From the NCBI GenBank assembly GCA_965223295.1, contig CBDCWC010000002.1, forward strand, positions 288,001-352,000: a stretch of 64,000 bases of DNA, read 5' to 3'. Below are positions 37,469-47,720 of the stretch, piece by piece (position 1 is the stretch's first letter; each line of letters begins with the position of its first letter). Both the position numbers and the translations under genes were made by a program. The notes under the pieces were generated by a model, which saw nothing but the letters and a program-made list of their open reading frames with translations, had not been told where the DNA came from and did no database searches. Source of the stretch: Nitrospirales bacterium. GTDB lineage: Bacteria; Nitrospirota; Nitrospiria; Nitrospirales; UBA8639.

Positions 37469-38314
37469 ATGAAAACCCATACTTTCTTACATCGAGAGGG
37501 AAAGCATCGTCTCTTCCCTGCTTCTTCGCAATCGTCCTCTCTTCTTATTGTTGATGATGAGCCAGATGTTGTGCTCACGTTGCAGGATCTGTTTAAAGGG
37601 GAAGGCTATCAAGTTGATGTTGCCACGAATGGAGCCGATGCTTTAGGGCTGGTCAAAACATGTGTATATGACGCAGTGATATTAGATATTCGGCTTCCTG
37701 ATGTTGATGGCTTGTTTGTTCTTGAAAAGATGACAAAAGTGGTTCCCGGGCTTCCTATTATTATCTTGACAGCCTGTACGACCCTAGATTCTGTGGTTGG
37801 ACCACTTGAAGAACAGGGTGCTTTTGACTATTTGCACAAACCGATTAACCGTCAGGCGATTAGGACGGCAGTTCGCCATGCTCTGAAGGCTCAGAGACTA
37901 GCAAAGAAAATCGAACAGGCTCATCATGCTTTGCAGGAAAGCGAAGAGCGATTTCAGGCGGTTTTTCATGCGGCGATTGATGCGATTGTGCTAGCCAATC
38001 ATCAGGGGCTCATTATGTCTTGGAATCCTTCAGCGGAAGAGATGTTTGGCTATAAAGCCGAAGAAATTTTTGGAAAATCTCTGACGCTTATCATGCCACT
38101 CCGGTATCGGAAGGCTCATGAGGAAGGGATGAAAAGAATTCAGGCAACGGGTGACCCCCGGGTCTTACGAAAAACCCTTACCCTTCATGGATTACGAAAA
38201 AACGGAGAGGAATTTCCCATTGAACTGTCCTTGAATTCTTGGATCAATGGCCCGCATCCCTGCTATTCAGGATTTATCCGTGACATTTCCAAGCGTGAAA
38301 GTCAACCGATGTAA
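37469..38314 (+). CDS. REC-PAS response regulator without output domain
   Basis: LIVDDE, VILDIRLP, YLHKP; PAS WNPSAEEMFGY..RKNGEEFPIELS..IRDIS. Confidence 0.88.
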   Translation: MKTHTFLHREGKHRLFPASSQSSSLLIVDDEPDVVLTLQDLFKGEGYQVDVATNGADALGLVKTCVYDAVILDIRLPDVDGLFVLEKMTKVVPGLPIIILTACTTLDSVVGPLEEQGAFDYLHKPINRQAIRTAVRHALKAQRLAKKIEQAHHALQESEERFQAVFHAAIDAIVLANHQGLIMSWNPSAEEMFGYKAEEIFGKSLTLIMPLRYRKAHEEGMKRIQATGDPRVLRKTLTLHGLRKNGEEFPIELSLNSWINGPHPCYSGFIRDISKRESQPM

Positions 38315-38332
38315 TATGCAGATGATAATACT

Positions 38333-38349
38333 AGGGGTCAGACACGAAT
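38333..38349 (+). repeat. 17-bp dispersed repeat, copy 2
   Basis: AGGGGTCAGACACGAAT. Confidence 0.8.
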
Positions 38350-38438
38350 AAACTCTTTCTTCCCTTTATTTTCTATGTGAGCCGTTACATTATTTTATGT
38401 GACGCTCAGTTAGAAGGGTGTCAGAAGTGGGTATCTCA

Positions 38439-39245
38439 TTACTGAATCGTTTTCGATTCTTTGACATCCAGCCAGTCGCGGAGCCAGTCGCCGAGAAGAT
38501 TAGCGGCCAGCACGACTGCCATCAGTGTCAGACCAGGAATCAAAACCAGGTGTGGTGCCACCAGCATATAGCGGGTGCCATCGCGGATCATGCTTCCCCA
38601 TGATGCTTCAGGTGGTTGAACACCTAACCCTAAAAAAGACAAGCCTGCTTCGGCAATGATGGCGCTGGCAACACCAAAGCTGGCTTCGATGAGGAGGGGG
38701 GCTGTGATTAAGGGAAAGAGATGGTGCCACATGATACGCCAAGAGGAAGCTCCTAACGCTTGCGCGGCGATTACGTGATCAGCATGTTTGAGGGCCAACA
38801 CCTGTCCGCGCGCAAGTCGTGCATAACCTACCCATCCAACGATGACCAATGCAAAAATCACATTCTCGATCCCGGGTCCAAGGGCTCCTGCCAAAGCAAT
38901 GGCTAGTAGTAAACCAGGGAAGGCTAACATGATATCCACAATTCGGACGAAGATCTGATCCACCCATCCACTGAAGTACCCGCTTGCGATCCCTAAAGTC
39001 GAACCAATCATGAGACCTAATGCCACAACGCTAATAGCCACGAAGAATGAAGTGCGAGCTCCGTTCATGAGACGATCAGCTATGGAGCGTCCCAGTTCAT
39101 CAAAACCTAACCAATGGAATAGGTCAGGTCCTACAAGGATATGAGTCAGGTCAATCCTGTTGGGTGTGAGAGGGAGGAGAGGCTGCAGGACAGCAACGAG
39201 ACCCCATATGCTGATAATACTCAGTGGTAGCCACAAACGTATCAT
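38439..39245 (-). CDS. peptide/nickel ABC transporter permease (DppC-like)
   Basis: HWLGFDELGR, AAQALGAS, EAGLSFLGLG, SWG; ATGA overlap with the upstream permease. Confidence 0.92.
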   Translation of the reverse strand: MIRLWLPLSIISIWGLVAVLQPLLPLTPNRIDLTHILVGPDLFHWLGFDELGRSIADRLMNGARTSFFVAISVVALGLMIGSTLGIASGYFSGWVDQIFVRIVDIMLAFPGLLLAIALAGALGPGIENVIFALVIVGWVGYARLARGQVLALKHADHVIAAQALGASSWRIMWHHLFPLITAPLLIEASFGVASAIIAEAGLSFLGLGVQPPEASWGSMIRDGTRYMLVAPHLVLIPGLTLMAVVLAANLLGDWLRDWLDVKESKTIQ

Positions 39246-40171
39246 GAATGGCGTTGCCAATTGATGCGCGGGTCGAGCCAGGCATATAGCAGATCAGTTG
39301 TGAGGTTGACCAGCACGTAGGTGAGGCTGATACAGAGCACGGCGGCTTGAACAACGGGGTAATCGCGTTGTTGAATGGCTTCAATCACAAGGAGCCCCAA
39401 TCCAGGCCATGCAAAAACCGTTTCCGTAATTACGGCGCCGCCCAGTAAGCCTCCCAGTTGAAGACCGAGTAGAGTGAGGATTGGTAAGAATGCGTTAGGC
39501 AAGGCATGGGTAAACACCGCTTGTAGGGATGAAAGGCCCTTAGCCCGAGCAGTCCGGAGAAAATCTTCTCCTAAAATTTCTAAAAGCGTACTTCGTAGCA
39601 TGCGTGCTAAAATCGCGGCCATGGCAGTGCCTAGAGTTAGTGCTGGTAAGAACACGGCATTCCATCCTTCCTGTCCGCTGACGGGAAACCATCCCAGCCA
39701 AAGACTGCCGACCAGAATCAAGAGCGGTCCCATCCAGAAATTTGGAATAGACATTCCTAATAGGGCAAATCCCATAGCCCCATGGTCATAAATTGAATGC
39801 TGGCGAATGGCTGCTAAGAGGCCAAGCGGGAAAGCCATAATCCCCGCGACGACTAAGGCCGCCACGCTGAGATGGAGTGTTGCAGGGATACGTTCGAGAA
39901 GCAGTTCGAAGATGGGACGGCCGGAGAATAATGAATGGCCAAAATCAGCTTGGGCTAGTCCCGTAAGATAATTCCACCATTGTTCGTAGAGGGGGAGATG
40001 GAGCCCTAATTTTTGACGGAGGGCTTCACGGTCTACGGCCAAAGCTGCCTCACCCAACATGACATCAACTGGGTCACCCGGGATCAGGTGAATCAAAAAA
40101 AAGACAAGACTCAACACTCCGAGCAAACCCACCAACGCACTGCTGATTCTTGTCAGAATGAAATGAGACAT
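39242..40171 (-). CDS. peptide/nickel ABC transporter permease (DppB-like)
   Basis: PGDPV, RTARAKGL, ETVFAWPGLG, RDYPVVQ, LDPRI. Confidence 0.93.
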   Translation of the reverse strand: MSHFILTRISSALVGLLGVLSLVFFLIHLIPGDPVDVMLGEAALAVDREALRQKLGLHLPLYEQWWNYLTGLAQADFGHSLFSGRPIFELLLERIPATLHLSVAALVVAGIMAFPLGLLAAIRQHSIYDHGAMGFALLGMSIPNFWMGPLLILVGSLWLGWFPVSGQEGWNAVFLPALTLGTAMAAILARMLRSTLLEILGEDFLRTARAKGLSSLQAVFTHALPNAFLPILTLLGLQLGGLLGGAVITETVFAWPGLGLLVIEAIQQRDYPVVQAAVLCISLTYVLVNLTTDLLYAWLDPRINWQRHS

Positions 40172-40232
40172 CGTGTGATGGAGGATCGGCCGACGTTGTT
40201 GTTGCGCAATAGGGAAGAATGGTCAGTCATTA

Positions 40233-41753
40233 TTATGAGACGTTGTCCATAACTATCTGAGCTGAGAGTCTTGCTTCAGATGCCCATTTGATATCTAACA
40301 GGCCGTCGTAATTACCATCAAATTGGAGGGAATAGCCCTCAAGCGCATTACTTGACACCACATAATGATCTTCATACCAGAGCGGGACATAGGGCAAGGT
40401 CTCCAAGAGACGGGCTTGCAGAGCTTGGTAGAGTTCTCGCTGCTGGCTGGGTTCAGTCGCATGTTCGGCTGTTGTGATCAAATGATCGGTTTGTGAATCG
40501 GCATAATGCCCTCGGTTTGCCCCTTGTGGAGGAGTGGCCTGGCTATGGAAAACATGCCGGAAAATATCAGGAGTTTTCAGACCGACCCATGCCAGACTGT
40601 ACATTTGAAAGCGTCCAGTTTTGATATCACCATAAAATGTGCCCCAGTCATGACTGTGAATCGACACGTCAATGCCAACTTGCCGGAGCTGATCTTGAAG
40701 GATCGTGGCTAAACGTAATCGAAAAGGGTCCGTTGAAGTTTTATAGATGAGTGTGGGGCGTTGCTTACCTTTGAATCCAGCTTTCCGTAACAGCATTTTG
40801 GCTTGAGCTGGATCGTACGAGTACCCTTTTAAAGTAGAACTGCCGAGCCAATGATCGGGTGCAAACAGTGCCTGAGCTGGCCGGGCTCGCCTTCTTAGTA
40901 CCAACTGGAGAATGGCTTCACGATTGATGGCATGGGCAATGGCTTTCCGTACCAATAGGTTCCCCACAATTGGATCCTGATGATTAAACCCAAGATACGC
41001 AAACTTTTCTCCCTGGCGCTGGGCAAGTCTTAGGGAAGGTTGCTCTGCAAGATAGCTGACCAACTCAGGGGGGAGATCATTCTGGAGCAGATGAATTTCT
41101 CCAGCCAGCAGTTTCAGGGCTCGTACGGTTGGGTCGGGTACGCGCAAAAATTCAATATGTTGGTTATCGGTTCGGCGTCGGAGTGTGACCCGAGTGTCAT
41201 CTGGTCTTGCCTCTAAAAGAAATGGTCCACTTCCGACGGGTTCATCGTGAAAAGAATGCTTTGAAGCAATAAGGTTTGCCGGCAAAATGCCGATAATAAC
41301 ATAGCCAGGAAATAATGAATCTGGATGCCTCAAGTGAAAGTCCACAGTCGACTCTGAGGGGGTATCAATTTGGCGAATCGTGTAGAGAAGCCCTTGATGC
41401 GGAGAGGGGGTCTCTGAATCGATTAACGACATATAGGTTGCCTGGACGTCTCGAGCCGATAATCGTGTGCCATCAGGGAATGTGGGCCGGGGTTCGCGGA
41501 GAGTGAATCGATAATGTGTTGGCGTAAGAACTTCCCATGTTGCAAGGGAAGGAATGGGGCGAGCATTCTCCGTAAAATCGACTAGGCGTGAATAGAGGAG
41601 CCGATTGATTCGGCCTGATGTCGCATCGGTGGCATAGCGAGGATCGAAATTTGTGGGGGAGTTGGCAAGGCCGAAGCGAATGGTGAGATCAGGGTTGGCT
41701 TCCGTGCAGCTCAAGGCAAAGGAAAGGAAGATCAAGAAAAGCCAGAAATGCAT
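40233..41753 (-). CDS. family 5 ABC substrate-binding lipoprotein (DppA-like)
   Basis: ALSC lipobox; PVGSGPF; VRKAIAHAINRE; PYVPLW. Confidence 0.92.
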   Translation of the reverse strand: MHFWLFLIFLSFALSCTEANPDLTIRFGLANSPTNFDPRYATDATSGRINRLLYSRLVDFTENARPIPSLATWEVLTPTHYRFTLREPRPTFPDGTRLSARDVQATYMSLIDSETPSPHQGLLYTIRQIDTPSESTVDFHLRHPDSLFPGYVIIGILPANLIASKHSFHDEPVGSGPFLLEARPDDTRVTLRRRTDNQHIEFLRVPDPTVRALKLLAGEIHLLQNDLPPELVSYLAEQPSLRLAQRQGEKFAYLGFNHQDPIVGNLLVRKAIAHAINREAILQLVLRRRARPAQALFAPDHWLGSSTLKGYSYDPAQAKMLLRKAGFKGKQRPTLIYKTSTDPFRLRLATILQDQLRQVGIDVSIHSHDWGTFYGDIKTGRFQMYSLAWVGLKTPDIFRHVFHSQATPPQGANRGHYADSQTDHLITTAEHATEPSQQRELYQALQARLLETLPYVPLWYEDHYVVSSNALEGYSLQFDGNYDGLLDIKWASEARLSAQIVMDNVS

Positions 41754-41924
41754 CACGGTATCTCAGTCTTTGGGTAAGGGCTTGCTGTGAGAAAGCAAAT
41801 TCTTAATGGACTTGGAACTATTTCTGTAATTTTACAAGTATAGCCGATGTCAGGGAAGAGAAAAACGTGTATTGGAGGAATTCCCTATCATCAGGCTGCA
41901 TAGCATGAATAAAGGAGAGCAGGA

Positions 41925-43349
41925 ATGAGCCGTACGATTACCCTCCCTAACTATGGAAATGCCACTGATGAAATCATGGCCAAGAAAAATGATGAAACCC
42001 CTGTTCAGGAGGCCGCAGCTCCCAAGCCTCTTCGCAGAGTGACCAGCCTACCTGCTCCTACCTCGATAGCTGAGACCGGATTGCCGGAAGAACTACTCGT
42101 GCAATTGTTAGTACGGACGTTGTTTACGCAGGGAGAGCTCACCGAGAAGACTGCAGGTGAGATTATGAAACTCCCCCTTGGTGTGATGAAGGAACTATTT
42201 GCGCTGGTTCAGCGAGAAAAATACTGCGAGATCAAAGGCCATGGGGAATCGTTAGGTGTCTTGCTTCGCTATGTACTGACTGAATCTGGTCGTGAGCGAG
42301 CCAAGGGCTATATGGAGTTGTGTCGGTATGTGGGGCCAGCACCCGTGACTTTAGACGAGTATGTGACGATGATCAAAAATCAGCCGGTTCATGACCTCAC
42401 GATTGATCGACAAACCGTGACCTCCACGACCGAGCATTTGGTGCTCACGCCTGGAACGGTTGACCAAATTGGTGAGGCGGTCAACTCGGGTTGGGCGATA
42501 TTTTTGTATGGGCCTCCTGGAAATGGGAAAACAGTGTTGGCTGAAGCCATTGGGAAAATGTTGGAATCGGTTGGAGGTGGAGAAGTCTATATTCCTTACG
42601 CCATAGAAATTGATGGGCAAATTATTCAAATATATGACCCGATTACGCATGTGAAGGTGGATACGCCTCAAGAAGAGTCCCGTTCTTTGATTGAAGCTAA
42701 AAAGGAATACGATACTCGTTGGGTACTCTGTAAACGTCCCATTGAGTTTGCTGGTGGTGAGTTAACCATGGCCACTCTTGATTTATCCTTTAACCCTTCC
42801 GCAAAGTATTACAAGGCGCCGCCACACATCAAGGCGAATGGAGGGGTATTTCTTATTGATGACTTTGGCCGCCAGTTAGTCCGTCCCAGAGATCTGCTAA
42901 ATCGCTGGATTGTCCCTTTGGAAAAACGAGTCGACTACTTGACCTTGCATACAGGAAAGGTTTTTCAGATTCCTTTTGAAACCATTGTCTTGTTTGCTAC
43001 AAATTTAGAGCCGGCCAAGCTGGCGGATGAAGCCTTTCTTCGCCGTATTCGGAACAAGGTATACATAGCCGATCCGACTCCGGAACGTTTTAAGCAGATC
43101 TTTGAAGAAGTGTGCAAGAGAAAAGGGGTGCCTTTCGAAGAAAGTGCTGTTGACTATCTCCTTAAAGACATTTACGAAAAATATCAACTGAACATGCGGA
43201 GTTGTCACCCTCGGGATATTTTGGAGCAAATCATTAGTATCGCGAAATTTAATAGTGTGCCACCGAGTTTATCTAAGAAGTTCATTGACCGAGCCTGCCA
43301 CACGTATTTCTTTGTGGAGGCAGCCGAGTACGAACAAAGTTCAAACTAG
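41925..43349 (+). CDS. AAA+ ATPase with N-terminal winged-helix-like region
   Basis: GPPGNGKT, FLIDDFG, FATN, FLRR. Confidence 0.85.
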   Translation: MSRTITLPNYGNATDEIMAKKNDETPVQEAAAPKPLRRVTSLPAPTSIAETGLPEELLVQLLVRTLFTQGELTEKTAGEIMKLPLGVMKELFALVQREKYCEIKGHGESLGVLLRYVLTESGRERAKGYMELCRYVGPAPVTLDEYVTMIKNQPVHDLTIDRQTVTSTTEHLVLTPGTVDQIGEAVNSGWAIFLYGPPGNGKTVLAEAIGKMLESVGGGEVYIPYAIEIDGQIIQIYDPITHVKVDTPQEESRSLIEAKKEYDTRWVLCKRPIEFAGGELTMATLDLSFNPSAKYYKAPPHIKANGGVFLIDDFGRQLVRPRDLLNRWIVPLEKRVDYLTLHTGKVFQIPFETIVLFATNLEPAKLADEAFLRRIRNKVYIADPTPERFKQIFEEVCKRKGVPFEESAVDYLLKDIYEKYQLNMRSCHPRDILEQIISIAKFNSVPPSLSKKFIDRACHTYFFVEAAEYEQSSN

Positions 43350-43669
43350 AGACGTTTCCCTCTTCTCATTCTTTTCTCACGCCATAGTCCTCTTTCCAAG
43401 GACAGAAGGAGGAGCTTCCTCCTCGTCTGTCCTTATCGGTTCAATACCACCACACCTCTGTCTGAGGAATCTAGAATGCAGGATTGGCCGATCCTTTTTT
43501 TCGCCTCGTGGCCTGATCTATGGTAGTCTTTTTTTGCGATTAGCAACTAGAGTAATCGTTGTTGTACCCGAATAAGAAAACGCGTTTCCTGTACTGATGA
43601 AATTTTTTTAAAAAAATTTCAGTAGGTGCCCGCATATTTTCTGATCCGTATTCTTATGGAGAACTTGTT

Positions 43670-44362
43670 ATGACTGCAACTGTCCTAGTTGTTGATGATG
43701 AAAAAGATCTAGTGGAGCTGGTCCGTTATCATTTGGAAAAGGAAGGTCTGGTATGCCTGGAAGCCAGAGATGGAGAGACTGCACTCCAATTGGCCAGAGA
43801 ACGGATGCCCGACCTGGTTGTCCTCGATCTCATGTTGCCAGGTGTAGATGGTTTGGAGGTGTGTCGCAAACTTCGAAAAGATCACAAGACTGCTTCAATC
43901 GCTATTATTATGCTGACAGCAAAAGCAGAAGAAGTTGATCGCATTGTTGGCTTGGAAATGGGTGCGGATGACTACATGGTGAAACCGTTTAGTCCACGTG
44001 AGCTTGTGGCTCGTGTGAAGGCTGTGTTGCGACGAGGACAAACGCAAGACCTTACGACTCACAAACGAATAGGGACGCTTGTGGTTGATGAGGGAAAGCA
44101 TCAGGTGTCTGTGGAAGGGAGAGTGGTGGAACTGACGGTCAAAGAATTTGATCTCTTGTGTGGCTTGATAAAGGCTAACGGACGTGTGCTGAATCGCGAT
44201 CAGATCATGGAAGCGGTCTGGGGCTACTCGAATGCCGTCGATATTGAATCTCGTACGGTAGATGTGCATGTTCGTCGACTCAGGGAAAAATTAGGCGATG
44301 AGCAGAAGCGCATCGTGACCGTAAAGGGCGTCGGATATCGTTTTGATGCGGAGATGGATTGA
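43670..44362 (+). CDS. phoB: phosphate regulon response regulator (OmpR family)
   Basis: REC plus RTVDVHVRRLR; adjacent to pst operon. Confidence 0.88.
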   Translation: MTATVLVVDDEKDLVELVRYHLEKEGLVCLEARDGETALQLARERMPDLVVLDLMLPGVDGLEVCRKLRKDHKTASIAIIMLTAKAEEVDRIVGLEMGADDYMVKPFSPRELVARVKAVLRRGQTQDLTTHKRIGTLVVDEGKHQVSVEGRVVELTVKEFDLLCGLIKANGRVLNRDQIMEAVWGYSNAVDIESRTVDVHVRRLREKLGDEQKRIVTVKGVGYRFDAEMD

Positions 44363-44394
44363 TGTGTGCTTATTCATGAATGGAGAGACAATGA

Positions 44395-45753
44395 ATGAGT
44401 AATGCTCCTTTCGTTCGTGGGGGCTGGATGCTCGCCTCCATGGTTGTGGTTGGAGGAGGTGTTGCTTGGGGATGGGCTTGGTGGTTCATTGGTTTACTTG
44501 GGTTTGGGCTGCTCAGTGCTGCGTATATGACCGCGAGAAATGCTTGGAATCAGAGTCGTGATAATGATGAAAAGATTCGCACAAGTGTGAATGAGTTGCA
44601 GCAGGTCGTACATGGTCCAGATGTTCGTTCTTCTCTTCCTGTCTCGCCTGAGGCTGTCGGTGCTGCACTTAAACAAGCTGTCGCTCAAGCCAAATCCCGT
44701 ATGGCCAATCTTGAAGATGAGCGCGCGAAGATTGTGGCGATTATGGAGAATTTGGTGGAAGGCGTTTTGGCTTTTGATCCTCAAGGGCAGGTCTTGTTCA
44801 GTAATCCCAGCGCATGTCGGATTCTTGGATTAGATGGACAGCAATTAATGGGACGGTCAGTGTGGGAAGTTGTTCGTCATGCCGAATTAGCAGAACTCGT
44901 CGAGCGCAGCCGAAAGCTTGATCTTCATGACAGTCACCGTGTGGAGATGAATCTTCATGCCCCCACGCCTATGGCGGTAGAAGTCTATGGATTGCCGTTT
45001 CCCCTGGTTCATGAGAAAAATGGAAGTGTACTCGTATTACATGATGTTACGGAATTACGACGTTTAGAACAGGTCCGCGCGGAATTCATTGATAATGTGT
45101 CGCATGAGTTGCGAACACCGCTGGCCGCGATCATCGGTTATTTGGAAACGTTGATAGATGAACCCACTCTGGATACGCCCAATAATCGCAAATTTGTCCA
45201 TGTGGCACACCAACATGCCGAGCGGCTCAGTCGACTTGTGGATGACTTGCGAAGCCTCTCAGAAATCGAATCAGGAAAAGTGGTCTTGCGATGCGAAGCT
45301 GTTGGATTACAGGACATTGTGAATGAAGTAGTTGAAATGTTTCAACCTCAAGTCCAGAAGAAGCAGATTCATCTGGACAACCAGATTGATGATGGGGCAC
45401 GAGTGTGGGTTGACCGTGACCGTATCATCCAAATCCTTTTGAATCTTGTCGACAATGCCATTAAATATTCATCAGAGAGAGGGAGTATTGTTTTTCAGAT
45501 GCAGCGATTGGACAAGTCTCTAGTTCTACACGTGAAAGATACAGGACAGGGGATTCCTTCGACTGACTTGGTGAGGATCACCGAACGTTTTTACCGCGTG
45601 GATCGGGCTCGCTCACGGGAAGAGGGAGGAACTGGTTTGGGTTTATCTATCGTCAAACATCTGGTGAATCTACTGAACGGGCAACTTCGTATTCACAGTG
45701 CATTAGGGAAAGGTACGACAGTAGAAGTGGAGTTGCCAATCTCTACCAAATAA
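44395..45753 (+). CDS. phoR: phosphate regulon sensor kinase
   Basis: TM, PAS, NVSHELRTPL, ERFYRVDRARSR, GGTGLGL. Confidence 0.9.
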   Translation: MSNAPFVRGGWMLASMVVVGGGVAWGWAWWFIGLLGFGLLSAAYMTARNAWNQSRDNDEKIRTSVNELQQVVHGPDVRSSLPVSPEAVGAALKQAVAQAKSRMANLEDERAKIVAIMENLVEGVLAFDPQGQVLFSNPSACRILGLDGQQLMGRSVWEVVRHAELAELVERSRKLDLHDSHRVEMNLHAPTPMAVEVYGLPFPLVHEKNGSVLVLHDVTELRRLEQVRAEFIDNVSHELRTPLAAIIGYLETLIDEPTLDTPNNRKFVHVAHQHAERLSRLVDDLRSLSEIESGKVVLRCEAVGLQDIVNEVVEMFQPQVQKKQIHLDNQIDDGARVWVDRDRIIQILLNLVDNAIKYSSERGSIVFQMQRLDKSLVLHVKDTGQGIPSTDLVRITERFYRVDRARSREEGGTGLGLSIVKHLVNLLNGQLRIHSALGKGTTVEVELPISTK

Positions 45754-45762
45754 TTTTCTATA

Positions 45763-45943
45763 GGGCACCTCTAAAAACTGTCCTTTTCCCGATGGCGGCG
45801 TTAGCAGCGTGCTTACAGCCTTCGGCGCGCACAGACTTGGTGCTCTTCGCATCGTTCGCCCTCATGTATTGGCCCATACACTCCGGTTTTCCGCGCGCCG
45901 CTTCCTTGCCCTCAGAAAAAATCATCAGTTTTTAGAGGTGCCC
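45763..45943 (-). mobile_element. MITE family B, copy 2
   Basis: Same TIR as copy 1; TATA TSD at 45759-45762 and 45944-45947; reverse orientation with ~40 bp extra. Confidence 0.9.
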
Positions 45944-46188
45944 TATAGTGTTTACGAAGCTTTTCCTCTAGTTCCTCATTTCCGATGTGTTCTATCGGGA
46001 ATCCATCTCAGAGGCAGGATGATCCTCATGAAACGTGACTGAAAAGTTTTGTTGGATGAGTGCTGCACTTCTCTAAGTTTTCTACTTATTTTCTACTTTG
46101 TTTTCCGCAAAAACGTTACACAGTTGTAACCTGATCCCAACGTGCTAGCAACATGTTCTGATTAGGATAGGGTAACCGAGTTGATCTT

Positions 46189-46473
46189 GTGATGAATAAC
46201 GAACAACCTTGGAGGTGGAAAATGATGTCAATGAGGAGAAGGGGGACTGGTAAATGGTTTGTTGATGAGTATGAGAAGCAAAACGTTTTGAATTACATTG
46301 AAAGTGAAGAAACTGTCACATTGGAAATGATTGTCCAACGATTTCCATGGCTTCAATGGGGCGATTTGTTTTCGATAGTGGGAGGATTTCGGCGAGATGG
46401 TTTGATTGCTGTACATCAAGTTGGCTCTCGTTTGGAAATACGAATGATAAAACAACTCACCCATATGGTCTAG
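46189..46473 (+). CDS. small hypothetical protein, winged-helix-like
   Basis: VLNYI..VTLEMIV..WGDLFSIV..RRDGLIAV pattern. Start uncertain. Confidence 0.55.
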   Translation: MMNNEQPWRWKMMSMRRRGTGKWFVDEYEKQNVLNYIESEETVTLEMIVQRFPWLQWGDLFSIVGGFRRDGLIAVHQVGSRLEIRMIKQLTHMV

Positions 46474-46502
46474 GTTTAATAGAGTTTTTGAATTTGGTGG
46501 CA

Positions 46503-46557
46503 TGTAACACGTTTGTAACATGGCTGTCACATTGGGGAAATCTTACAAAGATACAAT
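46503..46557 (+). promoter_or_regulatory. Pho box array and -10 of pstS
   Basis: TGTAACA-N4-TGTAACA-N4-TGTCACA (11-bp period); TACAAT at 46552-46557. Confidence 0.8.
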
Positions 46558-46593
46558 ACTTCACTTGATTGTAATAGAAGAGAGGAAAGCTTC

Positions 46594-47607
46594 ATGAAAG
46601 GCACAATAAAAAGAACTGCTAAGAGAATTGGGACCGTGGTTATTGGGTTATTATTGGGGTGGTCTGGGGTCGGTGGATTTGATTCGTCGACGGCTTGGGC
46701 GAAGGAGTCGATGGAGGATCTAGCATGGACAACTTACAGCAAAGTGAGTGGCATTTCAGGCAATATCAATAGCATTGGCTCCGACACGCTGAATAACTTG
46801 ATGACCTTATGGGCGGAAGGATTTCGAAAGCAATATCCCAATGTCAAGGTTCAGATAGAGGGGAAGGGGTCGAGTACTGCGCCTCCAGCCTTGATTGAAG
46901 GCACAGCTCAATTGGGTCCGATGTCGCGAAAGATGAAAGGAAAAGAGATTGATAAGTTCGAGGCGAAATTCGGATATAAGCCAACGCCAGTTCCCGTTGC
47001 AATTGATGCCCTAGCGGTCTATGTCAATAAAGATAATCCAATCAAGGGGATGTCAATGGAAGAGGTTGACGCGGTCTTTTCCAAGACGAGAAGACGTGGG
47101 CATAGGGTCAACATTGCACAATGGGGAAATGCCGGGCTGACTGGGCCATGGGAAAAAACACGGGTCAGCATCTATGGTCGGAATTCAGCTTCAGGCACCT
47201 ATGGATTTTTCAAGAAAAAGGTTCTGAACAATGGAGATTATAAGGATGAGGTGAAAGAACAGCCTGGCTCTGCTTCCGTTGTGCAAGGTGTGACAGAAGA
47301 TCGAGGGGGCATTGGCTATAGCGGTATTGGATATAAAACCTCAGGAGTACGGGCCATTCCTTTATCGGCTAAAAGAGGAAAACCATTTTATGAACCGACC
47401 TTTGAAAATGCGGGTACAGGAAAATATCCCTTGGCTCGTTTTCTCTATGTGTACGTGAATAAGGCACCTGGAAAACCCTTGTCTCCACTAGTCAAAGAAT
47501 TCTTAACCTTTGTCTATAGCAAAGAGGGACAACAGGTTGTCATTAAGGATGGATATTTCCCTTTACCTCAGAATCTTATCACTAAAAAACTTGGGGATCT
47601 TCAATAG
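46594..47607 (+). CDS. pstS: phosphate ABC transporter substrate-binding protein
   Basis: [28 protein letters not shown]. Confidence 0.95.
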   Translation: MKGTIKRTAKRIGTVVIGLLLGWSGVGGFDSSTAWAKESMEDLAWTTYSKVSGISGNINSIGSDTLNNLMTLWAEGFRKQYPNVKVQIEGKGSSTAPPALIEGTAQLGPMSRKMKGKEIDKFEAKFGYKPTPVPVAIDALAVYVNKDNPIKGMSMEEVDAVFSKTRRRGHRVNIAQWGNAGLTGPWEKTRVSIYGRNSASGTYGFFKKKVLNNGDYKDEVKEQPGSASVVQGVTEDRGGIGYSGIGYKTSGVRAIPLSAKRGKPFYEPTFENAGTGKYPLARFLYVYVNKAPGKPLSPLVKEFLTFVYSKEGQQVVIKDGYFPLPQNLITKKLGDLQ

Positions 47608-47720
47608 AAAGGTTCTCGTGCCTTATGACGAAGATTAAGAATAGCGATAATGTCATTTTTCAATGTCCGCAGTCACATTGCTGAGGGCATTGATGCCTTG
47701 AATAACCCCATACTCATCCT

